Assembly: GCA_003557865.1 (NCBI GenBank)
Contig: PWNK01000013.1
Location: 4,307-68,306, forward strand
Reading direction: 5' to 3'
Source of the DNA: Desulfonatronovibrio sp.
Lineage (GTDB): Bacteria; Desulfobacterota; Desulfovibrionia; Desulfovibrionales; Desulfonatronovibrionaceae
Length of the DNA stretch: 64,000 nucleotides
Shown: in pieces, positions 58,457 through 64,000 of the stretch
Layout of the letters: each line of letters begins with the position of its first letter
Position numbering within the stretch: position 1 is the stretch's first letter
The notes under the pieces: model-generated
Seen by the model: only the letters and a program-made list of their open reading frames with translations
Told to the model about the DNA's origin: nothing
Database searches by the model: none
Translations under genes and position numbers: made by a program

Positions 58457-61400
58457 CTAGCTGTCCACGTCCGCCTGTTTTTTAAACTCCTGGAAGGCAG
58501 CCTCCAGTTCACCCAAACCAGCTTTTAACCCATCCAGATCTTTGGATTTGCAGGCCTCCTCCATATTTGAAGCCAGTTCGGCCAGGGTTTCACCAGCCAT
58601 GTTGGCTGAGGAGCCTTTGATGGTATGGGCCTGAAGCTCGGCTCCGGATGCGTCACCGACTTCAAGGTAACTGCGCAGGGCCTCAATCTGAAGAGGCATG
58701 TCCATGACAAAACTCTGGAGCATGGTTCTGACCAGTTCTTCATCTCCTCCAAGCCTGCGCAGCAGATCTTCCCTGTTGAATATCCTGGAATCAGGGGCTT
58801 TCTCAGGCAGATCCGGCTTTTTTGATCCCCCGCCAGAGTCATAGGGTTCAATCCTGCTCACAGATCCATTTGAATCCTGGGCTTTGCCCTGGGCTCCAGG
58901 AAGCCATTTTTCCAGAATCTTCTCCAGACTGATGGCTTGCACCGGTTTAGCCAGGTAATCATCCATGCCGGCGTTGAGGCACTTTTCCCGGTCCCCGGCC
59001 ATGGCGCGGGCGGTCAGGGCAATGACCGGAATTCTGGCATGACGGGATACGTCTGACTGACTCTGGTCTCTGGCTCCAGGAGTCTGCCTGCGGTCTTCTG
59101 CAGCGCGAATGCGCCGGGTGGCTTCTAATCCGTCCATCTCCGGCATCTGCACATCCATCAACACCAGGTCGTACGCAATCTGCTCCACGGCTCGAACCGC
59201 CTCAGCTCCATTGGGCACCACATCTGCTGTTAATCCCAGCCTCTTCAGCATGAACATGGCCACCTGCTGATTGGTCGGGTTGTCTTCTGCCAGCAGGATT
59301 CGGGCCTTACTGTCTGAAAAATCCGGTATCCCGGTCCTGGGCCTTTCCCGGACCTGATGTCGGGTGACGATTTCACCGGAATCATCTCCTGACATGACCA
59401 TGGACAGACACTCATACAGTTCGCCGTGTCGAACAGGTTTAGTCAGGTAGGCGGAAAAACCGATATGCTTCATGCGCATGGCATCCCCGCGCATACTGAC
59501 CGAAGACATCATTACCAGGCGTGTCCTGTGAAGTTTCTGGTCCGACCTGATGGTCCTGCCCAGCATCTCACCGTCCATCTCCGGCATCTGCATGTCCAGG
59601 ATGGCCAGGCTGTAAGGATCGCCGTCTGCCAGGGCCCGGTAAAGCAGGGTCAATCCTTGCGGGCCGTTTCTGGCCTGCTCCGGGCGCATGCCCCAACCCA
59701 GAAGAAGACTGAGCAAAACCTCCCGGTTTGTGGCATTGTCATCAACAATCAAAACGCGCACCCCGGTAAGTTCAGAGGATGACCAGGTCCTGGTCATGGT
59801 TTCACCGGCCAGATCAAGATTAACGGTAAACCAGAAGGTTGAACCTTTGCCCAAAGTGCTGGTGACCCCAATATCCCCGCCCATCATTTCAGCTAGCTGT
59901 CTGGAAATGGCCAGACCCAGACCGGTCCCCCCGAATCTTCTGGTGTTCGAGGCATCCACCTGGGAAAAGCTTTTGAACAAGCGGTCCATCCTGTCTGCAG
60001 GGATTCCTATTCCTGTGTCCTGGACTGAGAACAGAAGGGTTATTTTCTGTCCCGGGTTCATCTTTTCCAGGGCATTGTTCTGCCCCTGGCGCTCTGCTCT
60101 CTGAACTTTGACCACCACTTCACCCTGTTCAGTGAACTTAAAGGCATTGTCCACAAGATTTGTCAGAATCTGGCGCAATCGTCCCGGGTCTCCGGATAAG
60201 CGGTCCGGGACTTCAGGATCGGCTGCACATACGAATTCGAGGCTTTTTTTCTCGGCTTTCAAGGCCATTGTGGCTGTAAAGTCGTCAAGCAGGGAGCGCA
60301 GACTGAATTTAAGAGTTTCCAGTTCGAGCTTGCCTGACTCGATCTTGGAAAAGTCCAGGATATCGTTGATGATCCCCAGCAGGACCTCGCCGCTGGAACG
60401 CACTGTTTCCGCATATCGGCGCTGGTTCTCATCCAGTTCAGTGTCCAGGAGCAGCCCGGTCATGCCTATCACCCCGTTCATGGGGGTGCGGATTTCATGG
60501 CTCATGTTGGCCAGGAATTGACTCTTGGCCTGAGTGGCAGCCTCGGCATCGGCCAGCGCATCATCCAGCTCGATATTGTTTTGCTTCATCTGCCGGGCGT
60601 ACTCCCGCAGCTTGTCCTCAGCCTGCTTGCGCTCAGTAATGTCAAAGGAAATGGCAAGCACTCTCTTGAGATTATTAATGGTCACCGACCTCAGGCAAAC
60701 CTCTTCCCAGAGCAGCTCCCCATTTACCTTGCGGCTTGCCCATTCGAAGCTCTGGACTTTCTCCCTGGCAGCCCTTCTGATCAGTCCCAGGGCTTCTTTC
60801 CTTGAATAAGGCGGATCAAGCCAGAAATCTCCAGACTTGAGTTCCTGCAGTGAGCTCAAACCGTAAGCCGCATGGGCCGACTCATTGGCGTCCACGATTT
60901 CACCGGTATCCTTGTCATAGATGATAATGGATACCGGAGATTCCCTGAACATGGTCCTGAACTGTTCCTCGCGCTCCTTCAATTCTCTTCTGCGCCCATG
61001 TTCCTCGGTGACGTCTCGAAAGACCAGCACCGCCCCGGCAACTTTTCCGGACTCATCGCGGATAGGCGCACAGCTGTCGGCAAGCTGATATTCTCTGCCG
61101 TCCCTGGAGATAAGCACGGTGTGGTTGGAAAGATCGACATTCACACCCTCCTTGAGGGCTCGCAATACGGGATTTTCCGCCGCTGCACGCGTCCGGGCGT
61201 CAACAATGCAGAATACATCCTCCAGGGGAAGACCTGCTGCCTCGGAAGTGGTCCAGCCGGTAAGGGCTTCGGCCGCCTGGTTGAGACTGGTGACCCGTCC
61301 GCTTTGATCGCAGGCGATAACTCCGTCTCCAATGGAACGAAGAGTGGCAACGAGATGTGCCTCACTCTGGCGCAAAGCGGAACTGGCTGATTCAGCCCTG

Positions 61401-61990
61401 TCCAGCATCTGCTGCATAGGCCGGACCACCAGTGAGGGAATAAAGATCAGGCCGTTGGCCAGGACTGTTGCCAGCAGAAAAAGCCCGGCCCCGGCCATGA
61501 GCAGGTTCATGGTCCGTAAAAGTCCGGCCTGATTCCTGGCCACATCGTCAGCCATGCGCTCAAGACTCACGCGCAGGACGTTTTCCAGGCGCCGAACATC
61601 CTCCATGGCCTGCCCAGCTTCCTGGATACGATTTTCCTGGAAAAGAGACACAGCTACGACCAGGTTCTGGTAAAGTTCCTGGTAAGCGGGCCATAGATCA
61701 ACCTGATCCATGGCCCCTGAGGCGCTTAGTTCAAGAATCAAGCCTTCCAGATTACTGGAAATCAGGGCTGCCTGCTCAAAATCAGTATCCATACCCGTGG
61801 CCACGCCCTGCATCATGCGCGCCAGAACGCTTTCCAGATCACGGGTTACCTCTACTGACATGATGTGCAGCAGGTTACTCTGGCGGACCTTGGTGTTCTG
61901 ATAGTAGGACAGAAAAACAAAGCAGACAACTGTAGCCACGGCAACCAGCAGGGTGGGAATCCACAGCTTATAGAATCTTTGGTAATTCAT
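58457..61990 (-). CDS. Hybrid sensor histidine kinase (TM sensor, 2 PAS, HisKA, HATPase, 2 REC, Hpt)
   Basis: [37 protein letters not shown], two receiver domains, AHTIKGSS. Confidence 0.95.
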   Translation of the reverse strand: MNYQRFYKLWIPTLLVAVATVVCFVFLSYYQNTKVRQSNLLHIMSVEVTRDLESVLARMMQGVATGMDTDFEQAALISSNLEGLILELSASGAMDQVDLWPAYQELYQNLVVAVSLFQENRIQEAGQAMEDVRRLENVLRVSLERMADDVARNQAGLLRTMNLLMAGAGLFLLATVLANGLIFIPSLVVRPMQQMLDRAESASSALRQSEAHLVATLRSIGDGVIACDQSGRVTSLNQAAEALTGWTTSEAAGLPLEDVFCIVDARTRAAAENPVLRALKEGVNVDLSNHTVLISRDGREYQLADSCAPIRDESGKVAGAVLVFRDVTEEHGRRRELKEREEQFRTMFRESPVSIIIYDKDTGEIVDANESAHAAYGLSSLQELKSGDFWLDPPYSRKEALGLIRRAAREKVQSFEWASRKVNGELLWEEVCLRSVTINNLKRVLAISFDITERKQAEDKLREYARQMKQNNIELDDALADAEAATQAKSQFLANMSHEIRTPMNGVIGMTGLLLDTELDENQRRYAETVRSSGEVLLGIINDILDFSKIESGKLELETLKFSLRSLLDDFTATMALKAEKKSLEFVCAADPEVPDRLSGDPGRLRQILTNLVDNAFKFTEQGEVVVKVQRAERQGQNNALEKMNPGQKITLLFSVQDTGIGIPADRMDRLFKSFSQVDASNTRRFGGTGLGLAISRQLAEMMGGDIGVTSTLGKGSTFWFTVNLDLAGETMTRTWSSSELTGVRVLIVDDNATNREVLLSLLLGWGMRPEQARNGPQGLTLLYRALADGDPYSLAILDMQMPEMDGEMLGRTIRSDQKLHRTRLVMMSSVSMRGDAMRMKHIGFSAYLTKPVRHGELYECLSMVMSGDDSGEIVTRHQVRERPRTGIPDFSDSKARILLAEDNPTNQQVAMFMLKRLGLTADVVPNGAEAVRAVEQIAYDLVLMDVQMPEMDGLEATRRIRAAEDRRQTPGARDQSQSDVSRHARIPVIALTARAMAGDREKCLNAGMDDYLAKPVQAISLEKILEKWLPGAQGKAQDSNGSVSRIEPYDSGGGSKKPDLPEKAPDSRIFNREDLLRRLGGDEELVRTMLQSFVMDMPLQIEALRSYLEVGDASGAELQAHTIKGSSANMAGETLAELASNMEEACKSKDLDGLKAGLGELEAAFQEFKKQADVDS

Positions 61991-62325
61991 GACCTGATCT
62001 CCTCAAGTTCATACAAAACTCCTTCTGAACAACACTGCTGTCGCGTAGCAGTGAACCCCATGCTTTTACTTGAAAATAACAGCAGTCATTCATTTTATCA
62101 ATATTTCATCGCTATTTTGACGATTTTCCGTGCTTCCATGGTCTTCATGCTGCCATTAATTTCAAAGAGCTTGACACATAACTGACAAAAATGAGAATAT
62201 ATAAGCATTCAGGTTTTAATCTCAACATTTATTCTGCTCCCTTTAACCTGTCCTGCCCAACATTAAACAATCTTTGGCGCATGACAATATTGTTATGGCT
62301 TATCAAAACAGTAACGGAGGAAAGA

Positions 62326-62727
62326 ATGGAAGATCATCTCAAACAGGCTTTAGAGATAGTAAAGGCCCAGGCATCAGTCAGAAATATGACCGAAGAAGAA
62401 ATCAATTCCATGATCATGACTGTATCCAAGGGAATCCAGTCGGTTCTGGCCCAGTCTGAAACTCTGGAAAAACAGGAAGCAGAACCTGCAGTTGATCCTA
62501 AAAAATCAATCAAGGAAAGAAGCATTGCCTGCCTTGAATGCGGCAAACAGTTCAGAGTGATGACCAAAAAGCATCTGGCCAAACACGGCCTTACCCCTGA
62601 AGAGTACAAGAAGAAATGGGGGTTTAAACCCAAGACTTCATTGATATGCAAGTCATTGTCCAGGGAAAGAAGGAACAAGATGAAGGATATGGAGCTGTGG
62701 AAAAAGCGAGAAATGAAAGCACATTAG
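62326..62727 (+). CDS. MucR/Ros family zinc-finger nucleoid-associated regulator
   Basis: PAVDPKKSI, CLECGK, KHLAKHGLTPEEYKKKWG; RBS GGAGG. Confidence 0.92.
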   Translation: MEDHLKQALEIVKAQASVRNMTEEEINSMIMTVSKGIQSVLAQSETLEKQEAEPAVDPKKSIKERSIACLECGKQFRVMTKKHLAKHGLTPEEYKKKWGFKPKTSLICKSLSRERRNKMKDMELWKKREMKAH

Positions 62728-62938
62728 CAGCCTGCTTCGGCTGGTATTGTTTTACTGTTGCATTACAACTGTCGACCATGGTTTCTGGTTAGCCTCAGCG
62801 TAATAAACCTGCCTGCTGATGCCTGGCCTGCCGGAATAAACGCCGCACTCCAGCGGCGAGGTCTTGGAGAAACCACTGTCCCAGCCGGCATCTTACCATT
62901 ACTAATGTTGACTAACAGTTTTTTTTCGGAGATGACCC

Positions 62939-63988
62939 GTGACTATACTAAAAACCATTATTCAGGGATTTGCAGCAGGTATTCTTATCTGCGTCATGTC
63001 CGGGGCAGCTGCCCTTGCTCAAAACCCCGGCGATTCATGTGATCCGGACAGTGCTCAAGGCCACGCTGCCAGGCTGGATTCTTTCAGTGGAAAAGTAAGT
63101 GTTTACGGGCCTGACGGTAAGCCTGCACCTCTGGAAACAGGTTCTGCTGTTCCAGACGGGGCAACCATCCGAACAGATGCCGCAGGTCAAGCCGAGCTTG
63201 TCATTGAAGATGGAACAGTTGAACGCTCAAGCCGGATATTGGTCGTCCCGGGCTCCACTCTGGCAATACATGGAGGTCTGTATTGCAGCGACCTGCGTCC
63301 TAAGGCTGACGGCGGCCGATGGAGTGCGCGTCAAATAGACATTGAAGTGCAGCAGGGCCAAATCGAGGTTGAAATTGCTCAGGGGGTCAGCCATTCCTTT
63401 AATCTGGAAGTCAGCACCCCCAATTCCCGGGCAGTTATGCTCCGCGGTTCCCAGCAGGTCATGCAGGCAATGATCAGAGTTGACGGACTTGAGGACAGGC
63501 CCAAGGTTCCGCTCATGGAACACCCCAGAATAAGAGAGCATGTCCAGATGCTGCTGATGGGCCGTGATCCGGAAGAGTTGAATCCAGGACAGAAACAGGG
63601 AGTCATGTCCCAGGCGGCGACTGCGGCACTAAGCATGGGCCTTATTGATCTTGAAGCCATGTCCATCCTGGATGACCCGCAACTAAAGCCCACAATGGCC
63701 ATGATGACTCAGGGACGAAGACTGGACGACCTGTCCCAGGAGGAAAGAAGTGCGGTAATGGCCATGGCTGGAGCCATGGCCATAAACTTGGGCCTGCTTG
63801 ATCCGGAAAAAATCAGAGTTCATGCCCAGCCTGACGAATATACTTATGTTCAGGTCAGGGCGGGGAAAATGCGCCTGAACAGCAGGCACCAGGGACGGCA
63901 AAGAGATAAGACAGTTGAAATTGAAAGCATGATGTTTTCCGAGGTCAAGGGATATGAGCTACCTTCACCACCGGAAAAAATCCAGTAA
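62939..63988 (+). CDS. Secreted FecR-like domain protein with a Met-rich duplicated insertion
   Basis: Signal peptide (AAALA-Q), GATIRT..GQAELVIEDG, VQQGQI, VSTPN, YVQVRAG. Confidence 0.65.
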   Translation: MTILKTIIQGFAAGILICVMSGAAALAQNPGDSCDPDSAQGHAARLDSFSGKVSVYGPDGKPAPLETGSAVPDGATIRTDAAGQAELVIEDGTVERSSRILVVPGSTLAIHGGLYCSDLRPKADGGRWSARQIDIEVQQGQIEVEIAQGVSHSFNLEVSTPNSRAVMLRGSQQVMQAMIRVDGLEDRPKVPLMEHPRIREHVQMLLMGRDPEELNPGQKQGVMSQAATAALSMGLIDLEAMSILDDPQLKPTMAMMTQGRRLDDLSQEERSAVMAMAGAMAINLGLLDPEKIRVHAQPDEYTYVQVRAGKMRLNSRHQGRQRDKTVEIESMMFSEVKGYELPSPPEKIQ

Positions 63989-64000
63989 CCGACCCGCAGA

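Noticed and set aside
62779-62875. Imperfect hairpin downstream of mucR with TTAGCCTCAGCGT resembling shell 3
   Set aside because: The similarity is short and no terminal repeats are present; it cannot be supported without a profile search.

Overview
A mostly housekeeping chromosomal segment of a sulfate-reducing deltaproteobacterium. Gene order and protein style are Desulfovibrionales-like, possibly Desulfonatronovibrio-like; the taxon is an inference. Core genes include murA, paaK+ACT, hisH/hisF, moaC, dnaJ, rpoZ, ttcA, a flagellar cluster (fliR-flhB-flhA-flhF-flhG-fliA-cheY-fliL), dusB, ispH, ppaC, nif3-zinc ribbon-rnpB-ispDF-cysS, ftsY, cobT, an RND pump, a hybrid kinase/diguanylate cyclase pair and mucR. 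There are two tRNAs (His, Ile2) and RNase P RNA. I found no transposase, integrase, cas gene or CRISPR array. The striking signal is non-coding: a family of nested, modular palindromic elements. An inner hairpin core (CCGGCACCCACTT...AAGTGGGTGCCGG, variable loop) sits inside a GGGGACTG...CTGTCCCC arm pair with a conserved T-T mismatch. That pair sits inside two unrelated MITE-like outer shells, one of which has an 8-bp target-site duplication. The same core occurs twice, as ~100-nt insertions, inside RNase P RNA at the apices of helices P3 and P12, lengthening rnpB to ~545 nt. Secondary observations are a tandem-duplicated KamA-like radical SAM protein, in-frame heptamer-repeat insertions in a histidine kinase, a split ABC transporter and several odd domain architectures.
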